Source of the DNA: Octopus vulgaris
Lineage: Eukaryota
DNA length: 64,000 bases
NCBI GenBank assembly: GCA_951406725.2
Contig: OX597823.1
Coordinates: forward strand, 30,938,001 to 31,002,000
Direction of reading: 5' to 3'
Shown here: piece after piece, positions 38,097 to 53,294 of the stretch
Layout: the number at the start of each line of letters is the position of its first letter
Numbering within the stretch: the first letter of the stretch is position 1
Notes under the pieces: generated by a model
Databases searched by the model: none
What the model was told of the DNA's origin: nothing
Seen by the model: the letters and a program-made list of their open reading frames with translations, nothing else
Translations under genes and position numbers: made by a program

Positions 38097-38648
38097 CCCT
38101 GATGCAGTATCAGGCAGTGGCTCTCGTGGCTTCTGTTCTTAACTGATTGGAATTGTTATCATGTACATTGTTTTGTCTTGGTATAAAAGATGGGCTACAG
38201 CAAATATTCTGCTCAATACCACAGATTTGCTTGTCAGTTGTTTGACCTTAACCAGTTGAGCATGTCCCTTAGTGGCTGACGATATGTGCTTCTCTGATCA
38301 CGAGCAGATGTAGTGGAGGAGCATCATAGCCATGTGTTGAGAGGGATTCTTTGGGGTTTGAATAATTCACTTCTGGAAACATGGGTGTTTTCTTCATCAT
38401 CCTTAATACAAACCTTATTCAGGGACCTTTTGAGCGGGATGGGCTACACGACCTGAAGAAAATTCTAACTGGGCCCCACCCGTAAGGTCATGCACTGTTT
38501 ACCTTGACATGAGATCACCATGTCACGCACATATGGTTGTGATGCATGTGCCTAGTGCACCATTATTAGACGGGTAGTCATGATGGGTGTAATGGGCTTC
38601 GTATATTTTACCCCAGTGTCATTTTGATGGTATACCCAGCTCTCTCAT
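38095..38648 (+). mobile_element. ~550-bp (AAT)n-flanked non-coding element (possibly R4/Dong-associated)
   Basis: Starts GCCCTGATGCAG, ends CTCTCTCA + (AAT)n; copies at 44471-45035 and 51382-51889. Confidence 0.85.
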
Positions 38649-38669
38649 AAAATAATAATAATTATTATT

Positions 38670-38872
38670 TCAAATTTTTGCCACAAGGGCAGCGTGGGGG
38701 AGGTGGTGATGAGTCGATGACGTTGATCCCAGTGTACTTATTTTTTATCGACCCCGAAAGTATGAAAGGCAAAGTCGACCTCGGCGGGATTTGGAATCAG
38801 AACGTAGCAACGGGCGAAATACCGTTAAGCATTTCGTCCCAGCGTGTAAACGATTCTCGCAGCTTACCCCCT
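38670..38872 (-). mobile_element. SINE family 2 monomer
   Basis: Reverse complement of 5996-6150. Confidence 0.8.
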
Positions 38873-39413
38873 TATTCAATAATGATGATGATGATGATGA
38901 TGATTTAGCTATTGACCGCAAAGGGTTAACATCTAGAAAAACATTATGGACAGTACAGGACAAAATATTGAATGTCCGTATGTGTGTGTGTATGTCTGTG
39001 ATAGAAATCTGCCGCGTTAGCAACGCCCTCTGCCGTTAGATTACACGTTATATAATTGACGTTGGTGACTGTAAACTTTATTTTCTTTTTAATGTCATAT
39101 GTAAAAAATTTGGGTTCTTTTGCCTTTGTCATTTTAATTCCTACAGCGAAGCACGTGACACGGTTGATGTTTATCAGAGGTCAAGTGGAATTGTCGCCCT
39201 TCAGCCGAATGAGCCAAAGCAGATTTTATCGAAAAGAGACGATAACAAACAAATATATAATAAAATTTAAAAAGCCTTGCTCCCCCTCCTTACTTCCCCC
39301 TCCTCATTCTCTCTCTCGCAATACACACACACACATATGCATACAAACATTAAAACAGAGCATATATGCACACATATATGTAAATATGTATACACACATA
39401 CACACACACACAC

Positions 39414-39499
<86 letters not shown>

Positions 39500-40376
39500 T
39501 CCACATTCTACACTAATGTAAAAATAATTGCATAATTGCGAGTTTAGTTATTTTATCTTCGATGCTTATTTTGGAATAAACTGCCTTTAAATCTGTTCAT
39601 ATTACATACCGTTTTGAAGTACATATTTCGGTCTTTTGTTTTGTAAGGATGAATTTGTTTTCCTTCTTCTTTCGACTTTATTTTAAGCTTTTAAATTAAT
39701 TACAAAAATAACACAAATTCGAGAAATGTTTTTTTGCGTTAGTTTATAACAGAATGCAAAACAGCAAATCTTATTCTCAGTATTAAGCAAACATCTTGCC
39801 AATGGGCCGTCAAGGAATGCATAGCTCAGTTTTGGGTCTCAAAATTTTGTTGTGGAGACCGTAGAAACAAAGAGAGCGACCATTTGGAAGTTATTCTTGA
39901 GACAGACCTCAAAAAAACCGTTGTTCGTAATCCCTTCAAAGGATGTTTTGTCCTTGCGATTTTATGTGGCATTTATTTTACGTGTCATTTTATGTTCATG
40001 AGTTACATACTGGTAGAAAATGCAGATATTTAGAGCATTTGCATCAATTGTTAAATTTATTGTAGGTAAAGAAGGTAAATCTGCAGGAGCCTTTGTTTTC
40101 AATGCAATGAGTTAACCCTATTACCGCATAGCTGTGTCTCATTAGTCTAACCTTGTAATGCTTCTACTAATTATCATGTTAATAGCACCGAGAACGCACT
40201 TACTATATCCACGCAAGCACATTTTCAATCTTCTTTAATCAAACTTGCTCTCAATAATTTTTTAATTTGCAACTTATTGCAAGCTTAAAATAACTTCAAA
40301 CTTGTCTAGATTAGCGTTGTGTAAATTGAGACTTCAGTTAAGGAGTTTAATAGAATCTTTTTGCATTATAATCTTG

Positions 40377-40627
40377 ACTTCGTTTATAACATTGTTACTA
40401 ACATCTACTAATAAAATCTGAACTTGTATTTAGTACTCAGGTGCACTACAACTAAAATAAACTTCGTTTATAACATTGTTACTAACATATACTAATAAAA
40501 TCTGAACTTGTATTTAGTACTTAGGTGCACTACAACTAAAATAAACTTCGTTTATAACATTGTTACTAACATCTACTAATAAAATCTGAACTTGTATTTA
40601 GTACTCAGGTGCACTACAACTAAAAAA
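40377..40627. repeat. 84-bp tandem repeat x3 at CR1 3' terminus
   Basis: Units begin ACTTCGTTTATAAC at 40377, 40461 and 40545. Confidence 0.95.
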
Positions 40628-41065
40628 AACATGAAAGAAAAGAAATAGAGGTGGGGGCATCGGGTGTACTGTTGGTGAATTTCAGGAATCATGGAAGTTT
40701 TTAAGTATTTAGTGTCACGACAGCTAACAACTAATGCAGGTAGTTTATTCCATTCTTCAGCAATTCTGAGTATGGAATAATGTTTCCGAAAGTCATAAGT
40801 GCTGTGTTGTTTTTTTGATTTTGTAAGCATGTTCACGTTTGTTAGACATGGAATTTAAATAGGTGTACGAGGTTGTCGCCGGAAAGACGATGGATATTCG
40901 TAAAGGTGTCTGCCAAGTCAGTTGCCAGACATCGTAGCTTTAATGTGTCCATGCCCAGGGAAGCAAGATGTTCAGAGTATGGCAGATGCCTGATGGCAGG
41001 TATTCGTTTCGTTGCACGTTTCTGAACACTTTCTAGGAGATTGGTATGCTGAGCTAGATAGAGGT
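40377..41065 (-). mobile_element. CR1-clade LINE 3' fragment
   Basis: LLESVQKRATKRIP..LPYSEHL..LGMDTLKLR; RIAEEWNKLPALVVS. Confidence 0.9.
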
Positions 41066-41290
41066 TCCCGACTGGTAATGAAAACTCTGAAAACATATCT
41101 CTCGACATATGCCCTCCAAATATGTTATGTCCAAACTTAATAGGTGTGCAGTCTAACCTTAATATTTCTTTGGTCCAATGTAGGACACCTGGCATATCTA
41201 CAGATATGGGTTCGTTTCTCGTGGGAAGCCTTCGAATTTTACTATCTAAAAGGCTTCTTTGACCCATTATTAATATGGCATTCTTTAGAT

Positions 41291-41551
41291 CAGTTATTCC
41301 CAAACATTTTCGGACTGCCGCCCCATTGACAGGCCATATTCCTAGCTCCACTCCCCCAGCCTACTTAACTATCACAAACGTAGACATCTTTCTGAAGCAA
41401 ATTTAAAGCAACTGTATTTCACAAATAAAACTTAACCTAGTGAACCCGTTATTTTGTTGTTTTTAAATGAATCGCTATCCCATTATCGCCCCACTTTTCT
41501 TCAACGCTGCCTGGGGGAAGGAGGTAATACCGCCCACTTCGGGAAGCTCTA
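41291..41551. mobile_element. hAT MITE, same family as 55331-55608
   Basis: CAGTTATTCCCAAA...TTCGGGAAGCTCTA termini; internal match. Confidence 0.8.
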
Positions 41552-41762
41552 CTTTATAGCTTTACGTCTGCATCGAGATCCACTATTCCCAAAATATGTA
41601 TGTATATATAGTGAGAGTGAACAGGCTTGTTGCAGCTATATTAAACAATATATAAAGAAAATAATTGAAAACATTAAATGGAAGTTTAAAAAGGAGAAAG
41701 AAGTCAGGGAGGGAGACACATCATAGCTCTATTGACATCCAGCCCTAGAATATATATGTATG

Positions 41763-41815
<53 letters not shown>

Positions 41816-41987
41816 GTATATAACTGTTTGTGTGTGTCCGTGTGTGTGAGCTGACTGGATAGCGGGAAGGAATGGATTGACATGTACAATACTGCACCCA
41901 CTGACAGGAAATATGACCCCCATGAGTGCTGCAAAAAATATGATACACACGTACACACACACATACATACATACATACATACATACA

Positions 41988-42023
<36 letters not shown>

Positions 42024-42151
42024 TATATACATGCGCGCACGCATATATATACATATATGCGTGTGTGTGTATGTATGTATGTATGTATGGATGGATAGGT
42101 GGATGGATGGATATGTATGTCTGTGTATGTATGTGTGTGTTTGTGTGTGTT

Positions 42152-42184
<33 letters not shown>

Positions 42185-43061
42185 GAGTGTGTTTGTGTGT
42201 GTGTGTGTGTTTCTGTGCGTGTGTTTGTGTATGTGTGTGTGTGTGTGTGTGTGTCTGTATGTGTGCGTGTATGTATATATTTCTTGACACTTCCGAAAGC
42301 TGTAGCCTTGACTTTTGGGTGTCAAGACGTCACATTTGTTGGTTTGCTTTGTTTTTATATTGTTTTGGTTTTCGGAATTGTATTCCCACACTAGCCGGAG
42401 CACACACATATCCATTCATATACACACTCACGTACACACACACACGTTCACACACATATCTGCCTCTATGTGATAGTCTGTGTGTACGTGTGTGTGTATG
42501 TGTGTGTTTGTGATCATAGTACATTCGTCAACAATAAAATACACACTCTTAAACACATGTGCAGATGTTCGTATCTATACATACACGCGCGCAAATACAC
42601 ACATATACACATACACGCGCGCACTGTATCTATTTTACACACGCACAGACACACATATATACACTCACACATATATGGTTATACCCACGTGCTTGTGAGT
42701 GTGTGCGATTGTATGAGAGAGAGTGTGTATGTGCGTGTCGTAGTATGTGTGTGCGTATACATACATTTATATACACAGCTGCATATACTCTAACGAGACC
42801 GTGGTGGAAATACACATACACACACACAGATACGCATACATATACACATACTTATACACATATACACATACATACACACACATACATATACATTCACTTT
42901 TTTTCGGTTTAGACCCTACATCCGTTTCGTGGTCACGTAGCAAACTACCGACGATCCAAACTACCTAATTGTATAGTTAACATATACGTTGCTGAGTATT
43001 CCACAGGTTCGTGTACCTCGAACGGAATTCTTACACATAGAAACAGAGAGAAAGACACACT

Positions 43062-43108
<47 letters not shown>

Positions 43109-43163
43109 CGTTTTCTTTTACCCCATCAACACATTGATGAGGTGTGCGAAACAGAAAGTGTGT

Positions 43164-43199
<36 letters not shown>

Positions 43200-43390
43200 C
43201 AGACAGACAGACAGAGGAACAGAGAGAGAAAAAACAGACAGTCAGAATGAGAGAGAAAAAGACAGTGTGTGTGTCTATGTGCATGTGTGTGTGCGTTTCT
43301 TTTAACCCCATCAACACACTTACTCTACAACGATGTCAAATTGGTACAGCATCCAGGACAAAAATATAATAAATAAATAAAAACAATAAT

Positions 43391-43722
43391 CTGTTGTGTC
43401 TGGGGAGAGTCATTTTCTTTTTGTACCTTATTATTTAAAACACTCACCGGTAAAATTTCCACTTATTCCTTATTATTATTTTCCTAAAATTTTCGTTGCG
43501 TCTTGCAACCTTTTCAATAATCTTGTCACATGAGTCAAGACAATTGAAAAGGTTGCAAGTAGCAACGAAAATAAAAATAAGGAATAAGTGGAAATTTTAC
43601 CGGTGAGTGTGTTAAATTATAAGGCACAAAAAGAAAATGACTCTCCCCAGACACAACAGAATATTCTTCAACATACGAACTCACATAAAGAATATTTGCA
43701 AACTAAATCCCAAAACGAAAAA
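43391..43722. mobile_element. Palindromic foldback element (family D) with U3-A8 HHR-like motif and ORF start
   Basis: 43391-43525 mirrors 43536-43659 about CATG; ATG 43637 MTLPRHNRIFFNIRTHIK. Confidence 0.85.
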
Positions 43723-43729
43723 CAATAAT

Positions 43730-44468
43730 GTTAATGATCATATGATTAACAACTTCCCAGGAGAAAGTTGACAATAATTAAATTCAGACAATTTGTCGAT
43801 GGAAATTATCACCAGTATCCACAGGATTTCCTTAACAACTTGAATCCACCGAGAGTACCTATGCATGGGATCTCACTGAAAAAGTACTGTCCTATAATGC
43901 TCCTACGAAATTCTGACCCTGCCAATGGACATTGCAACGGAATAAGATACACCGTCACGCAACTCAATTCTCACGTCATCGACGCAGCCATAGCGATTGA
44001 CCCTCAAAGTGGAAAGCGTCTGTTTTTACATCGGATACCACTGGTTCCCTCCGAAACTGGTTTCCATTCCAATTACCACACAGACAGTTTCCCATCAAAC
44101 TAGCCTTCTCATTCACAGCTAACAAGTCTTAGGACCAGACTTTAGATCGTGTTGGTGTGTTTCTATCCACTCCGATGTTTACACTCGGCCAGTTGTATGT
44201 CGCTATGAGCAGAGCAACGGACTCAGCTAATTTGAAAATTAGTGTTGATCAAACACAAAATATCGCTGACAAAGAAGTTTTGTTTTGTAAACGTAATAAT
44301 ATCATGAATATGTATGATGTAAAGCTGCACATAAGTAGAATCAAAACCTACCATTATATTTTGTTACATTTCCCATGCCATATTTCAATATAAATACATT
44401 CATACATTCACGTTGTTATTATTTTCCACCCTCCTTTCATTTCCCATCGTAGATGGGTAGATTTGCTA
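43730..44468 (+). mobile_element. Helitron 3' part: decayed PIF1-like helicase plus 3' hairpin
   Basis: PIMLLRN.DPANGHCNG.RY, RIPL, P.FTLGQLYVAMSR; hairpin CCCATC GTA GATGGG then CTA(A). Confidence 0.85.
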
Positions 44469-44470
44469 AT

Positions 44471-45035
44471 GCCCTGATGCAGTTCCAGGCAGTGGCCATC
44501 ATGATCTCTGATCTTAACTAATTGGAAGTGTTATCATGTACATTGTTTTGTCTTGGTATATATGATGGGCTACAACAAATATTCTGCTCAATACCACAGG
44601 TTTGCTTGTGAGTTTTTTTACCTTAATCAGTTGAGCATGTCCCTTTATGGCTGACAATATATGCTTCGCTGGTCACGAGCAGTAGTAGTGGAAAGTATGA
44701 TAACCATGGAGAGCATGTTGAGAGGAATTCTTTGGGAGTTTGGATAACTCTCCTTTGGAAACATGGGTATTTTGTTCATCATCCATAAAAAACATTTATT
44801 CAGGGACCTTTTGAGCAGGATGGGCTACTCAACCTGAAGAAAAATTCTAACTGGGCCCCACCTGCAAGATCATGCGCTGTTTATCTTGATATGAGATCAC
44901 TATGTCGAGGACATATATGGCTGTGATGTATGTGCCTAGTGTAGCCTTATCAGATGGGTAGTCATGATGGGTGTAATGGGCTTCGTATATTTGTACCCCA
45001 GTGTCACTTTGATGGTATACATAACTCTCTCACTC
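44471..45035 (+). mobile_element. (AAT)n-flanked 550-bp element, copy 2
   Basis: Aligns end-to-end with 38095-38648; followed by ~300 bp of AAT/AAC repeats. Confidence 0.85.
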
Positions 45036-45117
<82 letters not shown>

Positions 45118-45179
45118 ACAATAACAATAATAATAATAACAATAACAATAACAAAAACAATAACAACAACAACAACAGC

Positions 45180-45212
<33 letters not shown>

Positions 45213-45269
45213 AATAACAACAACAACAACAGCAACAGCAACAACAACAACAACAACAACAACAGCAAC

Positions 45270-45328
<59 letters not shown>

Positions 45329-46743
45329 TAGTATTATATGCGAAATCCATGGCGAACCAGCTGATCTGCTTCAGGACAGATTACATCTTAATATCACGGG
45401 TGTTGGTACCGGCTGTTACATTAGTACTAAGAGGCGAAATAATCTACTCTCAAGCAATGAAAGTCGAAAGTCCCCATATACCGCCATTATTGCGAGCTTT
45501 TACCCACGACACCATCGTTACAATGTGTTCTGTCATTGCGATAGCTAAGAACCAACAATTTTTGGATGACATATTCTCGTAAAGTTGATTCGCAAAAATG
45601 TCGTGGTCTTACTATAAAACCGGAGCCCAAGTTAAGGAATTCCTCTTCGAACTTAGAAGAAAGCCGGTTCTAATGATCAAGCAGCCGGTAATTGGAAACC
45701 TTGTGTGTATTTAGACAGGCTACTAAAATGATGGCTACTAAGAGAGGTTCCTAGATCGAGTCCAAGCTAAGACAAGGTTTAATTGCCATTGAGAAGGGAG
45801 TGAGGACGTGACAGGAATACCCTTCTCAAGAGGAGGTCGTCATAATTGCGAGTTGGTAATTGTAATACATCCTCTAGAGGTAGAGATTATTTTAGTAAAT
45901 CAAGAATTTATGTTGTATGGTATTTGATATACCCGTATTCATCTATGTTGATCATTCTGGCCATTCTGAGTTATTTTTCGTTCATTATTATTTTTTTGTT
46001 TAAATTATCTAATTATCAGCATGGATTTCGTTTGTTCTTCAGAACTTCAGGGTACTCATTGACAAGAGGGAATAATCTGGAGAAATATGTGGACAAAGTT
46101 CTTACGAAAATGGCTCGGTCACATCGTCGCGCTTAATGAGAAATGGATGTAGGGTGAGTACAAGAGAAAATCTCCAGCTGCTTTGATGTCGTTTAATGGA
46201 ACTGTTTAAAGTAGCCAAAAAGCACTCTTCCCAAAAACTACGGGATTTACACACACACACAATCTCTCTCTCTTTCTTCCCCTCTCTGTCAGTCTCTCTC
46301 TCTTCCCCTCTCTGTCGGTCTCTCTATCTCTCTATCGCTATCTCTCGCACACACACGCATCCATACACGCACATACATGCATGCGTACTTTTGACAAAGC
46401 AGCTCATGTTTGACATGTGATCCATGCAAAAGTACACCTGAACTCCGTTTACTCTTTCTATTTCAGTCAATATTTTCAAGCTTTTATACTTACCTATCTA
46501 TATATATTCATATATCTATATGTTTATATCTTTAACGACAGTGCAATATATTTACATATTTAATAATATAAGTTTACAACTATGTAATGTTTACAATTTT
46601 TTTTTTATTTCGTGACGTCAGTACATATACAAAAATATACACAAAAACTAAATTTTATGATATTCTGCATCAGACATGCGATTTAAAATAAGGTTTAGTG
46701 AGAATGTTTACTATATTTTTTCTCCTCAATATGAATTATTAAG

Positions 46744-47168
46744 ACAGCGAACTGGCAGAATCGTTAGCACGCGGGGCGAAATGCTTAGCGGTATTTCGTC
46801 TGTCGTTACGTTCTGAGTTCAAATTCTGCTGAGGTCGACTTTGCTTTTCATCCTTTCGGGGTCGATTAAATAAGTACCACTAACGCACTGGGTTAATGTG
46901 AACGATTGAAACCCTTTGTCTGTCCTTGTTTGTCCCCTATATGTTTAACCCCCTGTGGGCAATAAAGAAATAAATATGAATTATACACCTTAGCGTGCCG
47001 GGTAAAATGCTGATCGGCATTTCGTTTGTCTTTACGCTTTGAATTCATATTCCGCCGAGGTCGACTTTGCTTGCTGGGTCGATTAAATAAGTATCATTTG
47101 AGCACTGGGGTCAGAGTAATCAGCTTACACCTCCCACAAAATTGCTGGCCTTGTACCGAAATTTGAAA
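46744..47168 (+). mobile_element. Dimeric SINE family 2
   Basis: Matches 5996-6390. Confidence 0.85.
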
Positions 47169-47307
47169 TCAATATGAATTATGATATGTTGCCAACAAAT
47201 AGGTATATCAAATTCTAAATGGGTTTTAAGTAATTATGATGATATACGTTGTACAAGATTTTGATAAAGTTTAACATCTGAATGTCTAACACGAGAAAAC
47301 ATTCATG

Positions 47308-47375
<68 letters not shown>

Positions 47376-47376
<1 letters not shown>

Positions 47377-47570
47377 GGGAGAATTGACAAAGCAAAAAAA
47401 GAAAAGACGAAGACAGGTGGTGTAGACAACAAACAGATGTATTAGTATAACGCTCGGGAAGTGAAAAAGCCTATAACGTTTCGAGCCTACGCTCTTCCTC
47501 ACAAAGGAACACAGAAAGAAACAAGGAGAGAAAATAAAGAACGTGTAGTGGCTACCGATCTATCATCTAT
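47376..47570 (-). mobile_element. Family B HHR-like element
   Basis: AACGTTTCGAGCCTACGCTCTTCC on plus strand. Confidence 0.8.
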
Positions 47571-47591
47571 CATATATCATATATATATATA

Positions 47592-47894
47592 TTTCGTTTT
47601 GGGATTTGGTTTGCAAGACACTTTATATGAGTTCGTGTGTTGAAGCAAATTCTGTTGTGTCTGGGGAGAGTCATTTTCTTTTTGTGCCTTATAATTTAAC
47701 ACACTCACAGGTAAAATTTCCACTTATTTCTCATTCTTATTTTCCTAAAATTTTCGTTGCGTCTTGCAACCTTTTCCATAGTGAAGACTATTGAAAAGGT
47801 TGCAAATAAAAATAAGAAATAAGTGGAAATTTTACCGGTGAGTGTGTTACATTATAAGGCACAAAAAGAAAATGAGTCTCCCCAGACACAACAG
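47592..47894. mobile_element. Family D palindromic foldback, copy 2
   Basis: 47652-47781 mirrors 47787-47894; minus ATG 47674 MTLPRHNRICFNTRTHIKCLANQIPKR. Confidence 0.85.
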
Positions 47895-47928
<34 letters not shown>

Positions 47929-48187
47929 AAGCAGGTAGGATATTCTAGTCAGTTATGGCCCATTTAAATAATGCTTAAGTGTTAAGCAAAATTGTGGATA
48001 CAAGGATAACGTTTTAGGTTGACTCTACCTACACAGTCAAGCATCTGCCATAAACAAACCAAACAATGATACCTGGTGGTTGTCAAAAATGACTGAAAGG
48101 TTGATAAATTGAGAGCAGAAGGTTAGGTAAAAGATTATATTTAGCTACATGATCACCTCCAACCACACCAAGTCGTTATTGTTGTTA

Positions 48188-48321
<134 letters not shown>

Positions 48322-48482
48322 ATCTTGAATCCAGCTAGCTACATGATGCTTTCATCATTTAATGGTCCATATTTTACATGCTTGCATGAAGCAGATTTTT
48401 TACAGCTGAATACCCTTGCCTATCCAAGAAGGTAATATTTTCCCATGCTTAAACACATTTTGCTCTGATGACTGGAAGCAAA

Positions 48483-48912
48483 GGCGGCTAGCTGGCAGAA
48501 ATGTTAAGTACGCCGGGCGAAATGCTGAGCGGTATTTCGACTGCCGTTAGGTTGTGAGTTCAAATTCCGCCGAGGTCGATTTGCCTTTCATCATTTCGGG
48601 GTCGATAAATCAAGTACCAGTTACGCACTGGGGTCGATATAATAAATGTATTCCCTTTGTCTGTCCTTGTTTGTCTCCTCTATGTTTAGCCCCTTGTGGG
48701 CAATAAAGAAATAAGAAAAACATGCCGGGGCGAAATGCTTAGCGTTATTTCGTCTGTCTTTACGTTCTAGATTCAAATTCCGCCAAGGTTGACTTTGCTT
48801 TTCATCCTTTCGGGAGCGATAAATTAGGTACCAGTTTTGTACTGAGGTAGATCTAATCGACTGCCCCCCCCAAAAAAAAAAGTGTCGGGCCTTGCGCCTA
48901 GAGGAGAAAAGA
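48483..48912 (+). mobile_element. Dimeric SINE family 2
   Basis: Matches 5996-6390. Confidence 0.9.
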
Positions 48913-48993
48913 AGACTCGAAGCAAACAAATCACATGTAAGGTGATGTTTCTCATTTACAGTTATATCTGATCAAAGCACACACAAACATATG

Positions 48994-49039
<46 letters not shown>

Positions 49040-49076
49040 CATATATATATATATACACATACATAAATACATACGT

Positions 49077-49107
<31 letters not shown>

Positions 49108-49161
49108 CATACATACATACATACATGCATGCATACATACATACATACATACATACATACA

Positions 49162-49193
<32 letters not shown>

Positions 49194-49204
49194 CACATAT
49201 ACAT

Positions 49205-49400
49205 ATGATAGATCGTTAGCCACTACACATTCTTTATTTTATCTCCTTGTTCCTTGTTTCTTTCTGAGCTCCTTTCAATGGAAAAGCGTAGGCTCGAAAC
49301 GTTAAAGACCTTTTCACTTCCCGAGCGTTAAAGTAATACATGTTTGTTGTCTACACCACCTGTCTTCGTCTTTTGTTTTTATTTTGTGAATTCTCCCCCC
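49205..49400 (+). mobile_element. Family B HHR-like element
   Basis: AGCGTAGGCTCGAAACGTTAAAGAC. Confidence 0.8.
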
Positions 49401-49402
49401 AC

Positions 49403-49483
<81 letters not shown>

Positions 49484-49846
49484 CTATACCCTTAATTATT
49501 GTTATAAACATATATAAAACTTCTTGTATAAGTTTTTACCGAATATGGTTCTTTTCCATACCGAAACTATTTGGTAAAATTTATTAATTATAAATTAATA
49601 ATTTTTTATCCCTATATCTATAATGATTATATATATATCCTCTGTGTGTCTTTGTTTGTACCTCATCAGTGCTTGACAATCGATGTTGGTTTGTTTACGT
49701 CCCCGCAACTTAGCAGTTCAGCAAACAGACCGATAGAATAAGTACAAGGCTTACAAAGAATAAGTCCTGGCGTCGATTCGTTTGACCCAACCCGTCAAGG
49801 CACTGTTCCAGCAATGAGAGTCAAAATATTTCTTAGCCAAGTGAGA

Positions 49847-50120
<274 letters not shown>

Positions 50121-50185
50121 AAAAGATATTGCAAAAAAGGGCGATAATAATAATAATAACAATAATAATAATAATAATAATAATG

Positions 50186-50221
<36 letters not shown>

Positions 50222-50554
50222 GTAATAATAATATATACACATACATATATGTATACACACACATACACACTCTCTCGCTCTCTCACACACACACATAGGT
50301 TAGCTGAGTAAGAGGTTAAAATAACCGTGTAAGGGATAGAAGTATCTATTACACTACCGGTATGTTACCTATGTTTAACCATGGGTATATACCAGTGTAT
50401 ATATCAAAGGGCATATATCAGTAGCAATACCATACAACATTGGAAGCAGAAACAGTTGTTAGATGGGATGCAGTCTATTTGTATTGAATTAATAAATAAT
50501 AATTGACGTAAGTCAATTGTTGTTCATCAAATTTCTACATTTTGTGTCTTCTAA

Positions 50555-51381
<827 letters not shown>

Positions 51382-51889
51382 GAGTGAGAGAGCAGTTCAT
51401 GCCTTCAAAGTTACATTCGGGTTAAATATGTGAAGCCCAATAAATCCGTCATGACTACCCGTCTGATAAGGATATACCAGGCACATGCATCACAACCATA
51501 TGTGCGTGACATGGTGATCTCACATCAAGATAAACAGCGCATGACCTTGCAGGTGGGGGCCCAGTTAGAATTTCTTTCAGATCGAGTAGCCTATCCTGCT
51601 CAAAAGGTCATTGAATAAAATGAGTTTCAGGATGATGAACGAAACACCCACGTTTCTGGAGGTGAATTATTCAAACCCCAAAGAACTCCTCTGAGCAAAT
51701 GGCTATGATGCTCCTCCACTACTTCTGCTCATGATCAGAGATGCAGATATCTTCAGCCACCAAGGGACATGCTCAACTGGTTATGGTCAAACAACGGACA
51801 AGCAAATCTGTGATATTGAGCAGAATATTTGCTGTAGCCCATCTTTTATACCAAGACAAAACAAAATACATGATTACACTTGCAATCAG
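51382..51889 (-). mobile_element. (AAT)n-flanked element, copy 3, 5' end replaced by Tx1 fragment
   Basis: Reverse complement of ~38143-38648. Confidence 0.85.
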
Positions 51890-52453
51890 CCGAATCCATA
51901 GTGAAGATTTCCCCGCCGACCTCCTTTAACAAGGAGGGCGAAGCCGTTTTCCTGTGCCTAGTGGCTGTGGCGAAAGAGATTGTATGGTGGACCCGTTTGA
52001 AAGCGCTAAAGTCAGACACTTTCCTCTTTGGTCAAGGCCTCATCAACTTTTTCAAGTTTCACTTGAAAAGGAAGATGAGGTTAGAGAGGAGAGTGCTGTC
52101 CGATAGCAAGTTTTCTGAAAGGTGGGTGAATTGTGCGAGAATGGCCAGTATAAATGGACCAATTCTCAGGTTTCGCCTATAATTGAAAAAGGTTTTATAA
52201 AAGGAGAAAGGGGCTCTCTACCCCTCTTTTGACCAGGCTCCCGTTGGCTTTTATGGGTTTTTTTCCCACCAGGAACCTTTCGAAGCGCCTCCCTCTATTG
52301 GGAGTTTTTCGTTGTTATATTATTTGATTGTTACACTGTTTTTACACGATTTTTTCACAAACGGACAAAACCCTTTGTAACCTTTCGTCCTGTTTTGTCC
52401 CTTTATGTTTTCTAATCATGTGTGTCAGCCCTTGTGGCCAATAAAAAGAATAA

Positions 52454-52455
<2 letters not shown>
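51890..52455 (+). mobile_element. Tx1/L1-like LINE 3' end (ORF2 C-terminus + 3'UTR) followed by (TTA)n
   Basis: CLVAVAKEIVWWTR...FSERW; 3'UTR ending AGCCCTTGTGGCCAATAAAAAGAATAAA. Confidence 0.75.
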
Positions 52456-52510
<55 letters not shown>

Positions 52511-52782
52511 ATATATCAGTATATGAGTAGATAAACATTTGTCATGTAGAAATCCAAGCGGTGTCTACGTCCTGCTGGTTTCCCTTCAGTCTCGTGTACC
52601 TTCTTCTACACACTGTGACAGATAACACAGCTTGGCCTGCATCACCGTCAACAGTTTTGCTATAATTCATGCTTAACTCCCGCAGAGAAACAGCAGGTCA
52701 AAACAATCATCTTCTCACCAGGTTCTTGCTTTGTAGATACTAACAAATGTGCATGACATTACTTTAATTGTTCTCTCTCTCT

Positions 52783-52834
<52 letters not shown>

Positions 52835-53050
52835 ATTCTTTTATTTGGTTCAGTTGTTTGACTGCGGCCATGCTGGGGCACCGCCTTTTAGTCGAAGAAA
52901 TTGACCTGAGGAATTATTATTTGCGAGCCTGGTACTTATTCTATCGGGTTTTTTTTTTACCGAATCATTAAGTTACGGAGACGTAAACATGCCACCATCG
53001 GTTGTAAAGCGATGCTGGGGGCGCCAAACGCAGGCACATAGACACATACA
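52835..53050 (-). mobile_element. CORE-type SINE 3' part
   Basis: Reverse complement of 240-450. Confidence 0.8.
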
Positions 53051-53199
53051 TAAATATATACATATATATATATATATACATATATTACATGGGAAAATGC
53101 GAGCAAGAGAAATAATATTTTTAACAGTATAAACCTGGAAAAGTACAGGACAAGTTATTACACTTGTAATATTATATATATATACATATATACATAGAT

Positions 53200-53278
<79 letters not shown>

Positions 53279-53294
53279 TATATACATATATACA

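Noticed and set aside
38095-38150. HDV-like ribozyme at the start of the (AAT)n element
   Set aside because: Could not find a P1 partner or P3/L3 by eye.
40377-40627. CRISPR-like array
   Set aside because: Whole units repeat with no unique spacers; eukaryotic LINE end; no cas genes.
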